Source of the DNA: a virus
Taxonomy: Duplodnaviria > Caudoviricetes
Virus record (IMG/VR): IMGVR_UViG_3300011113_000265
Location: 33,018 to 97,017 of that record
DNA: 64,000 bases
Reading direction: 5' to 3' (one strand)
Shown: in pieces, positions 41,988 through 52,932 of the stretch
Layout: every line of letters begins with the position of its first letter
How positions within the stretch are numbered: the stretch's first letter is position 1
Program-made: the position numbers and the translations under genes
Notes under the pieces: generated by a model
Told to the model about the DNA's origin: nothing
The model's input: the letters and a program-made list of their open reading frames with translations, nothing else
Database searches by the model: none

Positions 41988-42734
41988 TTAATCAATATAG
42001 ATTTTATCCCAATAAGTTTCTAGCTTATTGTTTTTCATAGTTGCTACTACAAGTTCTTGATTTCTCAAGTGTTCTGGTCTAGCACCGCATGTTATTAAAT
42101 CACTACTATTAAAATTAAGTATGGTATTATCACCATCTCTAGATAAGAAACCAATAGCATCTGCAGTTGAACACAATAAACTTTTAAGCTTACCTGTTAA
42201 ATCAATATCAGCAGCCATAACTTCTTTACCTTTAATCTCAATAGATTTGTCTTTTAAATGACCTAAGAATATTACATTATGAGATAGACTTTTAATATAG
42301 TCTACAACATCAAAGAATGCTTCTCTTAAGTATAAATAACCAGCACCGTTTGGTAATTTGAGTACACTTTCTCCATCAAAGTTCTTACCCATAGGGGTTT
42401 CTTTGTACTTTTTTATAGCAAGTGGCATTACCATATCTTCTAAAGCTGTAATAGTATCTACAGCAATATACTTATAAGGTCTACCTGCTTTTTTAATTTC
42501 TTCACCATAAGTTTTAAGATCAGCTAGATCATTAATAGTTACCTTCATAGCATCTACAAAATCACTACCTTTCTCAAAATCTAGTAATAAACAATTATCT
42601 AATTGTGCAATTAGACTTGTTTTACCTGCTTTTGGTTTAGAATAAATTACCAATACTCCTGGAGATTTTCTACTAGGAGGAATCCTACTAGTTGGTAAAA
42701 TAACCTTACTACTCTTTTCTACTTCTACACTCAT
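41988..42734 (-). CDS. AAA_24 / Sak4-like ATPase
   Basis: YSKPKAGKTS, LDFEKGS, IAVDTITALED, LPNGAGY. Confidence 0.85.
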   Translation of the reverse strand: MSVEVEKSSKVILPTSRIPPSRKSPGVLVIYSKPKAGKTSLIAQLDNCLLLDFEKGSDFVDAMKVTINDLADLKTYGEEIKKAGRPYKYIAVDTITALEDMVMPLAIKKYKETPMGKNFDGESVLKLPNGAGYLYLREAFFDVVDYIKSLSHNVIFLGHLKDKSIEIKGKEVMAADIDLTGKLKSLLCSTADAIGFLSRDGDNTILNFNSSDLITCGARPEHLRNQELVVATMKNNKLETYWDKIYID

Positions 42735-42752
42735 CTAGTTATTTTAATTGTT

Positions 42753-43805
42753 TTACTTTAATTTACTTAAATACTCTTGATATAAAGCATCAGTCATTTC
42801 ATCTACTTTAGGTAATTCTATAAATGTACCTGCTCTAGCATTAAATAGAGTACCTATTGCAATATTGTCAATAGATAACCTGTTTTTAATAATCTTTAGC
42901 ATTACAAAATTACTTCTAAAGTCATGAAGTTTATACTTTAGGCATTCTCTCATATCTAATTTCCAAGGATTCATTAGACCAATAACAACATCACTATCGT
43001 CATATGGATTTCTAGTATTCTTAAAATCAGATTGTTGAGGCGATATATCAACACCTTTAAGTTTACTACGTTCCACACTAGATAGTGAGTCATTAAATTG
43101 GCTAATATTAAAGAAACTCATACCAAACTGGTTGGACAATTCTACGCAATATTCAGACCACTTATCAATATTTTCCTTAACAGAGAAACCTCTCTCTAAG
43201 CTCATTAAAGATAAGTGATCTAAAACTACTACGCATTGCCAATTTGGATCATAAGGTTTAAAGCTTACAATCTTTTGTTTCTGTTTACCTTCATGATCAG
43301 TATATGTTTCATAACTAAACTTACCATGTTTCTTACCATGTTCCCACAATGTAAAATACATTCCAGTAGGGTTCTCTGGTTTGAAATAGAAGTTTATTCT
43401 AGAAAACATTTCTTCCATAAAAGGTATTTCCTTATTAACTATTTCTAGCTCAGATTGAGATAACCTATTCTGACCTAAGCCTTTAATTGTTTCAGGAGGG
43501 ATTATAATTCCATATTTGTTGTAAATAATGCTACTTAACCAATTACATTGTTTAGTAACTTTATCAATCTCATAAGAGTAATAAAACACATCTAGTTTTA
43601 TACCTTTCTTATCAGCATCTTGAATAGCATTACTAATCATATAATCACATAAAGTTGTCTTACCAGTACCTGAATTACCACCGATAAGAGTCTTACACTT
43701 TCTTTGTACACCAAATATGTAATTATTCAATCTATTAAAACCATTAGATAGACCTTCATATTTACCTTCTAACCCCTCTTCTATCCTAAGTTTTAAATCA
43801 CTCAT
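42753..43805 (-). CDS. dnaB: DnaB-like replicative helicase
   Basis: GGNSGTGKTT, YSYEI, VVLDHL, ISQFN, DSDVVIGL, IIKNR. Confidence 0.85.
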   Translation of the reverse strand: MSDLKLRIEEGLEGKYEGLSNGFNRLNNYIFGVQRKCKTLIGGNSGTGKTTLCDYMISNAIQDADKKGIKLDVFYYSYEIDKVTKQCNWLSSIIYNKYGIIIPPETIKGLGQNRLSQSELEIVNKEIPFMEEMFSRINFYFKPENPTGMYFTLWEHGKKHGKFSYETYTDHEGKQKQKIVSFKPYDPNWQCVVVLDHLSLMSLERGFSVKENIDKWSEYCVELSNQFGMSFFNISQFNDSLSSVERSKLKGVDISPQQSDFKNTRNPYDDSDVVIGLMNPWKLDMRECLKYKLHDFRSNFVMLKIIKNRLSIDNIAIGTLFNARAGTFIELPKVDEMTDALYQEYLSKLK

Positions 43806-43815
43806 TCTTTTACCT

Positions 43816-44460
43816 CTATACCCCTTCTAAATCATTACTTATTTTATATGTATCTTGATTATCATTAATACCTTGGACATAGGCTTCACAATAACCAGAT
43901 AACATACTAGTTCCATCTTTAATTATAAAGTATGGAGCTAATTTCATTTTATCATAGTTCCTTGCTTTACAATCATTAATATAATTCTTTGTGGCTGCTA
44001 GAATTATATCTTTTGTAAATTGAGGATTATCAATGATAAACTTATTCATTTTATTACTACAATCTTGTATACTACTCCTTACATAAAAACCACCTGACTT
44101 TATACCTTTAGGAAACAAATCATAATATTCTTCTATCCAAGATACTTTATAAGGTATTAGTTTTTCATTACCAGGAGCACTCTTAACAAATTCTTTAAAG
44201 ATTAATTCACCTTTATAAGTTAATCTAAGATTGTTTGAATACAAATCTTCTAGTGATATCTTATTTTCATTTTGAACAATTCTACATATAAATTGTTTTT
44301 GTGTTAAATTACTTATTATATAATTAGTATAGGGTTCTACATCGTGATAATCACAAATAATATCAATATTTTTATTATATAACGAGTATAATAAAACATA
44401 TTCTTGAAAATCTATATTATTATTTAATAAGTTTTTAACTAATAAATGTAATTGACTCAT
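43816..44460 (-). CDS. Hypothetical replication protein (possible initiator or helicase loader)
   Basis: wHTH-like N-terminus (LRLTYKGE), EEYYDLFP...ILAATKNY...APYFI; directly upstream of the helicase. Confidence 0.5.
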   Translation of the reverse strand: MSQLHLLVKNLLNNNIDFQEYVLLYSLYNKNIDIICDYHDVEPYTNYIISNLTQKQFICRIVQNENKISLEDLYSNNLRLTYKGELIFKEFVKSAPGNEKLIPYKVSWIEEYYDLFPKGIKSGGFYVRSSIQDCSNKMNKFIIDNPQFTKDIILAATKNYINDCKARNYDKMKLAPYFIIKDGTSMLSGYCEAYVQGINDNQDTYKISNDLEGV

Positions 44461-45497
44461 AAATCATCATTATCAACAGATTGTTCAGCTTCATCATAAT
44501 TTTGTAGTATATCAAAAAATGGATCAGTAGGTTGTACAGGCTGTTCTACAGGTTCACCATTAACAGGAGTATTTTCAATAACAGCATTATTTATCATTGT
44601 AGTTAAATAATCATTCATTGCATTAATAGATGTTCCAGGTGTATTAGCAGATAAATTACCAATATAATGTTTATTCTTTATTTTTATAGTATCAAATGCA
44701 CTTTTATACATATTTACCTTACTTTTATAATAATCTAAATCTTTGTTTTCTCCATCTTCATTATGTGATTTAAAAATACTATTAAAACATTTTGATTTAT
44801 AGTTATAAAAATCATTTCTAGCTTCATCAATAAGATTACCATTTATAATTGATTCTTCAATATCTGATAATTCATTATCAATTTTTTCAAGTTTATTAGT
44901 ATGTCTTTCTAAATTACTAGTTAATTTATTCTTTTCATTAAGTAGTTTATGATAATTAGAATCACTTCTTAAAATATATTCTTGAACATTTTTATAAGTA
45001 TTTAGTCTAGAAGTATAATCTTGAAAAGTAACTGCTATATTATCTATTAAATTAGATATTTCTGAACTATTAGAATTAAAAAATACAATTGCAAAATCAG
45101 AATTTTTATCTACTTTAATATCATAATCTTCTTCTAAATAAAAAGGAAAGTGATTATGCATACTATTAAAGTAAAATTCTACTCTTAATTTAGCATTAAA
45201 TATAGGTTGTAATATATTTCTAATTAGTTCTTCAGCAAGATTATCTTGATTTGTATATGGACTAAAACCATCATTTACATCAACATTTACTAACTTTAAA
45301 GGTACTAAAATAGCTCTTTTATTTTGTGCTAATTTTATAAAATTAGTAATTTGATTGTCTTTTTTATTATCTTTATAATTGTTATTTAAGTAATATTTTA
45401 TATTACTCATAACTTGAAAGTTTTTGTAAGTGGAATTAATAACTTCCCACACAGCGTTAAAAACAGTTTCTACGTTAGCTTTATTTTTATTATCCAT
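44457..45497 (-). CDS. Hypothetical coiled-coil protein
   Basis: 346 aa ORF with heptad region and acidic tail. Confidence 0.6.
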   Translation of the reverse strand: MDNKNKANVETVFNAVWEVINSTYKNFQVMSNIKYYLNNNYKDNKKDNQITNFIKLAQNKRAILVPLKLVNVDVNDGFSPYTNQDNLAEELIRNILQPIFNAKLRVEFYFNSMHNHFPFYLEEDYDIKVDKNSDFAIVFFNSNSSEISNLIDNIAVTFQDYTSRLNTYKNVQEYILRSDSNYHKLLNEKNKLTSNLERHTNKLEKIDNELSDIEESIINGNLIDEARNDFYNYKSKCFNSIFKSHNEDGENKDLDYYKSKVNMYKSAFDTIKIKNKHYIGNLSANTPGTSINAMNDYLTTMINNAVIENTPVNGEPVEQPVQPTDPFFDILQNYDEAEQSVDNDDL

Positions 45498-45508
45498 ATT
45501 TTTAATTA

Positions 45509-46000
45509 TTATTCATACCAATTATTATAATCATCATAACTTCCTTGATTATAAGATTTTCTAGTTTTAAACATTTTTATTACATTAGCATAATCATCAA
45601 TATCTTCCATATCTGACCATACTATATTATACTTGGTTAATAAAGTATTTTTAATTGCGTTTGTTGCTATAAGATCTATAAAATAAATACTATAATTATT
45701 TTCTGTAATTATTTTATTTATTGTTTTTAATAACACACCTTGACTTACAAATATCTCAGGAGTTTCTAAATTATATACACAAAAAGATTCAACAGATAAT
45801 AATTTTTGTATAACATTATCTAAACTAACATAATCATTATAAGTGTAATAATTTAGATTAGATGCTACTTGATAAATATTAGAGAATAAAACTGATTTGG
45901 TATCAGCTTTATTCTCTTCAATTGTACTAACATAATCAATTGTATAATCAAAAGAAGTATTTACAATACTTTTTATATTTTTTTCAATACTTTTTACCAT
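45509..46000 (-). CDS. Hypothetical protein
   Basis: 163 aa ORF in operon. Confidence 0.6.
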   Translation of the reverse strand: MVKSIEKNIKSIVNTSFDYTIDYVSTIEENKADTKSVLFSNIYQVASNLNYYTYNDYVSLDNVIQKLLSVESFCVYNLETPEIFVSQGVLLKTINKIITENNYSIYFIDLIATNAIKNTLLTKYNIVWSDMEDIDDYANVIKMFKTRKSYNQGSYDDYNNWYE

Positions 46001-46002
46001 AT

Positions 46003-47532
46003 TTAAGAAGTTAATATTTCTAATCTAGATTTAATTTTAGGTACTTCTTCTTTATAAAAATTCTCATAAAACATAATCAAAGCTTTAGAATTAAATTTAG
46101 TTTTATAGAAATTATTTACATTATTAACTTGTAAATTAGTATTTCTACTAATTGTATCATAAAGTGCTCTTAATTTCTTTCTTTTATTATTAGAAATACT
46201 TTCTCCATACAAATTAACTAATTTCATGTAATCTTTATAAATATTTACATAAGCTTTTTTAGGTATTACTTGAAACTCATCATTTAAACTTCTAGCACTT
46301 ACAACACAACTAAGATCATCATTAAAATCTATAGATTTAATTGTTAAAGCATGAGTAACATCTGGATTTTCACTAGAATTATAACAATTAAAAATATAAT
46401 ACAACTTATCAGCTTTAATTTTAACATTGAATTTATCAATATCTTTCTTAGCTCTTAAGAAGAAGTGATCTTTATTACTTTTATCAATATTAATATAAAC
46501 ATCTAAGTTAGTATTAGTATTATCATCAGTATCACTATCACTAAAATTTATAAAAGTTTTAGGTTTTTTTCTAAAAGAAGTTTTAATATTATTTTTAGTA
46601 TTACCTATAATTTTTAAATCAGACTTAGGAGCTTCTAGAATTTCTATTGTAAAATCAAAGTTAGTATTAACTTTTCTTTTAATCTCAGTATTTGCTTTAT
46701 TATCAATACTAATAATTTTAGCTTCTGATGGTTTATCTTTAGGACCTTCTAGTTGTAATTGACTAGTTGGAGCTGGTGAATTACGAATAGAATTTAAAGC
46801 TTTACCCCACCAATGAGAGTAAATACTATTTTCATCATCATAATCATCAATATCATTACTAGTATTTTTTATTTCAACACCACCTCTATCATTATAAAGA
46901 CCATTAGAATAACCTTTATTACTAAATAAGAAGCCTTTCTCAGAAACAAAATTACCTGCTCTAATTAACTCTCTATCAGGAAACATAAAACATACTTTCT
47001 GACCTACTAAGTCTTGATTAATACTACTAGTAAAAGCATCTTCACCTTTTAGTTTTAACTCAGCAATCTCTTTATCTGATCCAAAATTAGTATAAGCCCA
47101 ATTAAAACTATCACTTAAATCTGAAGCAATATCATAATAACTACTATGATAGAAAATACCATTATGAGCAAATACACCTGTTTCTATATTATCACTATCT
47201 AAAGTTAAAATAGAACCTTTAGGACCTTCAGTAGGTAATTCTCCTAACACATAAGGATGTTGATTATAAGTACTTTTATTACCAGCAGTACCTTGTCTAA
47301 GGTGAATCATTAACTCATCACCAGGTTGAATATCACAAGATTTTAACCACTTATAAAATTCATCTACAGTTTGATTATAATAACCTTTATTTAGCATAAG
47401 AGTGTTGGAGAGCTGTTTTCTAACAGCTCCGCCAATACCATCTCTATTAAAAGTTATTCCATTATTTACAGACCAAATTACAAATTCATGGTCATACACT
47501 ACATTACTTGGTTTTATTATCAGTAAACACAT
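46003..47532 (-). CDS. Class II (Ntn) glutamine amidotransferase with C-terminal extension
   Basis: N-terminal MC, NRDGIG, HLRQGTAG, NQHPY, FAHNGI, SDS. Confidence 0.88.
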   Translation of the reverse strand: MCLLIIKPSNVVYDHEFVIWSVNNGITFNRDGIGGAVRKQLSNTLMLNKGYYNQTVDEFYKWLKSCDIQPGDELMIHLRQGTAGNKSTYNQHPYVLGELPTEGPKGSILTLDSDNIETGVFAHNGIFYHSSYYDIASDLSDSFNWAYTNFGSDKEIAELKLKGEDAFTSSINQDLVGQKVCFMFPDRELIRAGNFVSEKGFLFSNKGYSNGLYNDRGGVEIKNTSNDIDDYDDENSIYSHWWGKALNSIRNSPAPTSQLQLEGPKDKPSEAKIISIDNKANTEIKRKVNTNFDFTIEILEAPKSDLKIIGNTKNNIKTSFRKKPKTFINFSDSDTDDNTNTNLDVYINIDKSNKDHFFLRAKKDIDKFNVKIKADKLYYIFNCYNSSENPDVTHALTIKSIDFNDDLSCVVSARSLNDEFQVIPKKAYVNIYKDYMKLVNLYGESISNNKRKKLRALYDTISRNTNLQVNNVNNFYKTKFNSKALIMFYENFYKEEVPKIKSRLEILTS

Positions 47533-49397
47533 TAGGATATTAGTTGTTTAATATTAAGTTTTTGATCTGTTGACTCTACATCATTATCTTCATCAGCTGT
47601 TGCACTAAAGATTTGTGTTCTAGAATCAATGAATTCATTTAATTTTCTATAAGATTTAGGATAAACTTTTTTAATTACATTTTTAAGTGTAATAGGTTCT
47701 TTATTATTATCAAACATAATATAGTTATTAATTATATCTTTATGATAATTTTCAGAAAAGTTTACAATAGCCATACAAATCTTTATCCAGTTCTTAATTT
47801 TAATAAAATTAGTACTAGCATTAAAAGGTCTAAATTCTACTGTATAACAAGGAGGATTAGTATTTCTAGTATTAAATAAAGCTGGAATAAAATTAATCCA
47901 ACAATATCTAATATTACTATGATTGTAACCTACTTTAGCACCTCTAGGATGATTTTTAGTTTTATTAACTTTATCACTAGGAGGACAATCTGCTGCTAAA
48001 GTAAACAATTCTGTGTAATAATTATCTATTCTAATCTTTAAATCCATAACACTTGTACAGTTATTGAAATTAAAATCTAGATTAGGTAATTTTCTACAAT
48101 ATTCATTATTACCTCTACTTGCAGGTAGCATATTGAAAATATCTTTTTCTAATGCTTTAGCAAGTTTAAAGAGCATAACGATATTAGCATTATTAAAGTT
48201 AGCATTACCAATGTGAGTATGAATACCACATGTATAATTAATCTCACTTCTTTTAGCTAATTCAGTACAAATGTACTGCAGATGTTCAAAGCCTTTATCG
48301 CCTTTAAGAACACCTGTAATGACTTCTGGACCATACTTTTCACCTCTAGTATTTTTAATACTACCGTCTTTCTCTACTTTAATATTCATATCAGTAAAGA
48401 AATGTGGTGGAAAGCAACAGTCAGCCATTTCTATTTCTACACCGAAGGTATATTTAAGACCTTCTGTAATAAGATGAGTATTAGAATCTAAACCAAATCT
48501 ATAATTATGATTTATATCATTAGTTTTATCTTGAAGATTACTAAACTCAGGAAAATAATAACCATTTGGATATTGGCAATAATTATCATCCTTTTTTAAT
48601 CTATCTTTTCTCACTATCATACCTGATTTTGGACCTATTATAAATATTTTTTTATAAGCTTCTAAAAATTCTTTACCATTTATTAAAAAAAGTTTTGATT
48701 GACTATCAGTACTTCCTAAATTTGGAAAATACTTTGAAGGTATTGTTAATAAATTACAAAAATCATTATTATTTACATGTACCTTAGTAAAAGATGTTAG
48801 AGCATATATATTACTTTCAGTAATATTTTCTGGATCATCTACTAAATTTGCTATATAAGCATTTTTAATTTTATTATAAGGATAATAGATACCATTAATA
48901 TAACACTGTGTATAAGAAGCATATACTCCATATTTCATTACTTCTGTTTTAGGAACAACTGTAATACCACCATTATGAAGAGTATAAACTTGAACGCAAT
49001 TAGATTTACTTACCAACTTACCTTGGTATACTATCATATTGCTAAGTTTATCTTCACTACCAAAACAATCTTTAACCATAATATTAGGATCGTTTTCATA
49101 TACTCTTTTCTTCTTTTGTAAAAAGTATTTTTTATAATCTTTTTTATAATAGAATTCTAAAACATTTTCACAAAGCACTTCTGCAATTTGTTTTTTATTA
49201 TTGATTAGACCTATTCGATAAAATTCAGTTTTATTAGGTTGAGAAACAGTATTAAATGTTATAATTTTCCACTTTTCTTTAGGATTTTGAGTTATTTTTA
49301 TAAAATCACCTATAAAGTATTTTACATCATTTATTTGAATATAATCAAATCCATTTATTGTACCTCTAGTTACTACGCCAACATTTGTTTTTTCCAT
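47532..49397 (-). CDS. Amidoligase (COOH-NH2 ligase, Amidoligase_2 type) with N-terminal extension
   Basis: TFGVEIE, DGSI, GPEVITGVL, CGIHTHIG, RYCWIN, TVEFR. Confidence 0.88.
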   Translation of the reverse strand: MEKTNVGVVTRGTINGFDYIQINDVKYFIGDFIKITQNPKEKWKIITFNTVSQPNKTEFYRIGLINNKKQIAEVLCENVLEFYYKKDYKKYFLQKKKRVYENDPNIMVKDCFGSEDKLSNMIVYQGKLVSKSNCVQVYTLHNGGITVVPKTEVMKYGVYASYTQCYINGIYYPYNKIKNAYIANLVDDPENITESNIYALTSFTKVHVNNNDFCNLLTIPSKYFPNLGSTDSQSKLFLINGKEFLEAYKKIFIIGPKSGMIVRKDRLKKDDNYCQYPNGYYFPEFSNLQDKTNDINHNYRFGLDSNTHLITEGLKYTFGVEIEMADCCFPPHFFTDMNIKVEKDGSIKNTRGEKYGPEVITGVLKGDKGFEHLQYICTELAKRSEINYTCGIHTHIGNANFNNANIVMLFKLAKALEKDIFNMLPASRGNNEYCRKLPNLDFNFNNCTSVMDLKIRIDNYYTELFTLAADCPPSDKVNKTKNHPRGAKVGYNHSNIRYCWINFIPALFNTRNTNPPCYTVEFRPFNASTNFIKIKNWIKICMAIVNFSENYHKDIINNYIMFDNNKEPITLKNVIKKVYPKSYRKLNEFIDSRTQIFSATADEDNDVESTDQKLNIKQLIS

Positions 49398-50962
49398 GAA
49401 TCTACAGCATTTATTAATAAACTACTTGTTTTTTCTTTTAATTCATCTAAAGTATTAGTTGCAGCTCTCATTGCAGCTATACTCATAGCATCAGCTTCTT
49501 CTGCTAATACATCTGTAAGATCATTGATAGTTATAATCATATCTTCAGCTATATCAAATAAAGCAGACATTTCTTTGTTATCAAAAGTTTTCATCAATTT
49601 TGTTAACTCATCAGAAGTTAATAAATGATTATCTACTATATATTGACCTATAAAAGATTCTTGTGTAAATAAATTAGTTTGAGAATCAGATTCACCAAAC
49701 CCATTTGTTTTATTCTTTAAGAAAGTATTAATAGTATCATCATAAACATTGTATTTAGATATTTCTGTAGTTTCAGTAGGTCTTAAATACTTAGCTTGTA
49801 CATCATAGTATTCATTATCCATAGAACTCAAACAATTAAGCAATTTCTCACCTTTACTGTTACTACGTTCTATATGTCTAATACTAACTACATCACCTCT
49901 ATTAAATACAATTTTATCTGGTTTATTAACATCAGTTAACTTCTTCATTACTACAACACAACTATCAACCATAGCATCTAATGGTTTATTAGGTTGATTG
50001 TAATAAAAATTAAAAGGTAACGAAGTCATTGTTTTACCTTCACTATTTTCAATAGTAAGAGTTTGTTTCTCATGATTTAGTTCTTTTAATAAATAGTAAC
50101 TATTTGTAGTTATATCAAAATCTGTATTATTTTTAGCTGGTGTATATCTATCAGATTTAATCCAATTATTAAGATACTTATTCCAATAGTTAAAATGAGC
50201 TCCTGTTAAAGCATTGTCGCTGCTATTATTATTGCTATGACTATGATTATTATTGCTGTTATTTTGATATAATCTATAGGGTCTACAGGGAATAATAAGT
50301 TCTTTAATTATTTTACCCTCAAAGATAGTATATAAAGTATTAGTATTAAATTCTTTAATATCAGTACAATCAATAGCTTCTAGAGATTCTTCAATACTAC
50401 TAATATACATACCTTCATCACTCATACCATAAAACAAAGGTCTTTGATTATTTAATCTAAAAGTCATTAAGAAACTATTTTGTTGACCTTTCTTTAATTT
50501 AATATTCTTATCACCAATTAATAAACTAGCAGAACCATCAATTTCAGAAAGTATTTTAGTATTAAAATTAGCATCTAAGATTTTGTGCAAAACTTGAGTA
50601 TCTGTTGTATAATCAGAAGCACTAATTCCATGTTTATATGCTAAATTAGTATAGTTATTTAATGTACCGTTATGAGCTAAAACAGCATTATCACCTACAA
50701 AAGGATGTGCTACATTTAACATATTTTTACCTATAGTACCTTGTCTAACATGACCTATAAGCATATAATCCTCTTGAATTGTTTTAAAGTCTTTAGTAAG
50801 AAATTTAGTTGCTTGATCTAAAGATTTTACTAAATTATTTTCAGGACTCCAAAAACCTGAAGCATCTTTACCTCTATCTTGATTATAAAGAAACAAAGTC
50901 TTTATTTTATTTTTATCAAACTTTTGACCTTTATGACCTGAAAAACCTAATAATCCACACAT
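49373..50962 (-). CDS. Class II (Ntn) glutamine amidotransferase with C-terminal extension
   Basis: MCGLLG, RGKDASG, GHVRQGT, AHPF, AHNGTL, TDT, RPLF. Confidence 0.9.
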   Translation of the reverse strand: MCGLLGFSGHKGQKFDKNKIKTLFLYNQDRGKDASGFWSPENNLVKSLDQATKFLTKDFKTIQEDYMLIGHVRQGTIGKNMLNVAHPFVGDNAVLAHNGTLNNYTNLAYKHGISASDYTTDTQVLHKILDANFNTKILSEIDGSASLLIGDKNIKLKKGQQNSFLMTFRLNNQRPLFYGMSDEGMYISSIEESLEAIDCTDIKEFNTNTLYTIFEGKIIKELIIPCRPYRLYQNNSNNNHSHSNNNSSDNALTGAHFNYWNKYLNNWIKSDRYTPAKNNTDFDITTNSYYLLKELNHEKQTLTIENSEGKTMTSLPFNFYYNQPNKPLDAMVDSCVVVMKKLTDVNKPDKIVFNRGDVVSIRHIERSNSKGEKLLNCLSSMDNEYYDVQAKYLRPTETTEISKYNVYDDTINTFLKNKTNGFGESDSQTNLFTQESFIGQYIVDNHLLTSDELTKLMKTFDNKEMSALFDIAEDMIITINDLTDVLAEEADAMSIAAMRAATNTLDELKEKTSSLLINAVDSWKKQMLA

Positions 50963-51002
50963 ATTTTTATTTTTAAATTTATAATTTTGTTTTTAATTTT
51001 AA

Positions 51003-51887
51003 TTATCCTACTACTACTTTAGTAGCTGGTTCAGCTATTGTTTGATTAATATTATATTTATCACAAAGATATTGAGCTATTTCAACATCATTGTTATTAA
51101 TACAATTAATAATTGCTTGACAATCTTCAATATGTTCATCCATTACAAAACCATTATTAATAGCTTCAATAGCTGCAAAAGTATTATCAAATACCCACTT
51201 AACATGTTCTAGAGATTGAAACCAGAATTGACCTAGAGTTCTAAGTTCAGTAGTTACGCTACCAATTCTATGTTCACCAGCTTTACCATAAAGTTTTCTT
51301 CTTAAACTACCATTAGTATTAATTAGAATACTTGGAATAGTAAGATACAAATCCAATACTCTAATAAGATTAATAGAAGTTTCATAATTCATATTAGCAT
51401 ATGAAATATGTAAATGACCACCCACAGATCTAAGATTACTATCTGTAGCACTAGGTCTTGGATTTACTTCTAAATTCCAAGCATTCATACTAGGACTGCA
51501 ACCAAATTCTTGAGCAATAGGATTATCTAATTCTTTATCACTAAAGACAGCAGCATCTGGACTACCATCATTAATTACTTCAATATTTAATCCTTTAGAA
51601 GCAAATTCTTTATTGATAAAATCAATAATAAACATACAATCATTATACATCTTAATATAATGATTAGTTGGAGGTAAAGTAAGCTCTAATGCTACGTTAT
51701 CCTCTTGTACACCATAACCATCTTTAATAAATCTAGGTGAATCTTTACTACCACCTATAAGACCAATACCTGATACATATTCTTTTGTTGTTTTATCTCT
51801 TAAAAAGAATTCTGGATCACTACCTAATCTTACATTTTCAATTTTAGTAAGATTATTTTTATCTAATTTTATTACAATATTTTTCAT
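51003..51887 (-). CDS. phiEco32-like COOH-NH2 ligase type 2
   Basis: LGSDPEFF, QEDNVALE, FGCSP, RSVGGHLHIS, RRKLYGKAGEHR, ELRTL. Confidence 0.9.
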   Translation of the reverse strand: MKNIVIKLDKNNLTKIENVRLGSDPEFFLRDKTTKEYVSGIGLIGGSKDSPRFIKDGYGVQEDNVALELTLPPTNHYIKMYNDCMFIIDFINKEFASKGLNIEVINDGSPDAAVFSDKELDNPIAQEFGCSPSMNAWNLEVNPRPSATDSNLRSVGGHLHISYANMNYETSINLIRVLDLYLTIPSILINTNGSLRRKLYGKAGEHRIGSVTTELRTLGQFWFQSLEHVKWVFDNTFAAIEAINNGFVMDEHIEDCQAIINCINNNDVEIAQYLCDKYNINQTIAEPATKVVVG

Positions 51888-51895
51888 AGTATAAT

Positions 51896-52343
51896 TTAAA
51901 AGTTTAACAAATTTAATTTTTTATTAGTTTTTTTATTGCTTTTAGACAATAGATACTGAATCAACGTATTACTAAAGTCATCAAAAGTCATTCTTTCAGG
52001 ATGATATTGCACACCTATAATATTTAATTCATTATGCATAAAAGCTTCTACAATGTAATGATTACCTTCAGTAAAAGTATATTCTACATCTTTGTTTACA
52101 AGTAAAGGAGTTAAATCAGGATTTTTAGATAAGCTTTCTAGAGTAACACCTTGATGATGATAACTATTAACTTTATATACATTTTTAAATGTAGTACCAT
52201 TAAATTCTTGATATATTTTGTTAACTGCAATAGAATTAACTTTACAAGTATTTACATCTTCTTTATCACTACTACCACTATAACCATGGTAAGCACTAAC
52301 ATTTTGAATTAAAGGTACACCAAAATGTATTGCAAGTTGTTGC
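51896..52343 (-). CDS. Exon 2 of class I glutamine amidotransferase (peptidase C26 / PuuD-like); absent from the ORF track
   Basis: Reads (M)QQLAIHFGVPL...VNSYHHQGV...GVQYHPER...LLNF*; completes the Cys-His-Glu triad. Confidence 0.88.
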
Positions 52344-52623
52344 CAACTCTGTTATCTTACAGGTTCTTTATCCTGTAATTCTATATGTTTCCATATAGTT
52401 CAGACTATATCATCACCAATAATTATAAACTATTGGGCAGGGCGCTCGTGTCAACATTACTGTCCTCAACTTTACTTGGTAGGACTCGGTTGTTAGTCGT
52501 TGAACCTTCGAGGGTATTACTACCCAAGCTTGGCTGCTGATTAGCATAGGATTTCTCCCTTAGCATTCCAGACAATTCACCCCGTTTTTAACTATAAATC
52601 ACTTTATAGTGGCACACAAATCT
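52344..52623 (-). mobile_element. Group I intron (280 nt, no ORF) in the class I GATase gene
   Basis: 5' exon ends in U, intron ends in G; exon UGGCAU pairs with intron GUGCCA (P1); AAUCAGCAG, GUUCAACGACUA and GAUAUAGUC core elements; splicing gives GICLGMQ. Confidence 0.92.
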
Positions 52624-52931
52624 ATGCCAAGACAAATACCAAAGATTGGTATATTAGCATTAATATACTGAGGTAAATTTACTTTAGCAAAATAATCTTT
52701 ATAAGGATCTGCCATACTATTTTGAAAACTTGGTACTTGATTGTAGTTATAAGACATAGTATCTGCACCACCTGGTAATACTACTAAATCTAAATCAGTT
52801 CTAATATTACTATTTGGTGTTAGTATTTCTACTTGACCAAAATTACTTAAGTATTCTAAATATGCTTTTTGTACACCAAAGCTATTTTCACCTAATGACC
52901 AACCTGGTATTCCTATTAATTTTTTACCCAT
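52624..52931 (-). CDS. Exon 1 of class I glutamine amidotransferase (peptidase C26 / PuuD-like); spliced product 251 aa
   Basis: IGIPG, LVVLPGGAD, PIFGICLG nucleophile elbow. Confidence 0.88.
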
Positions 52932-52932
52932 T

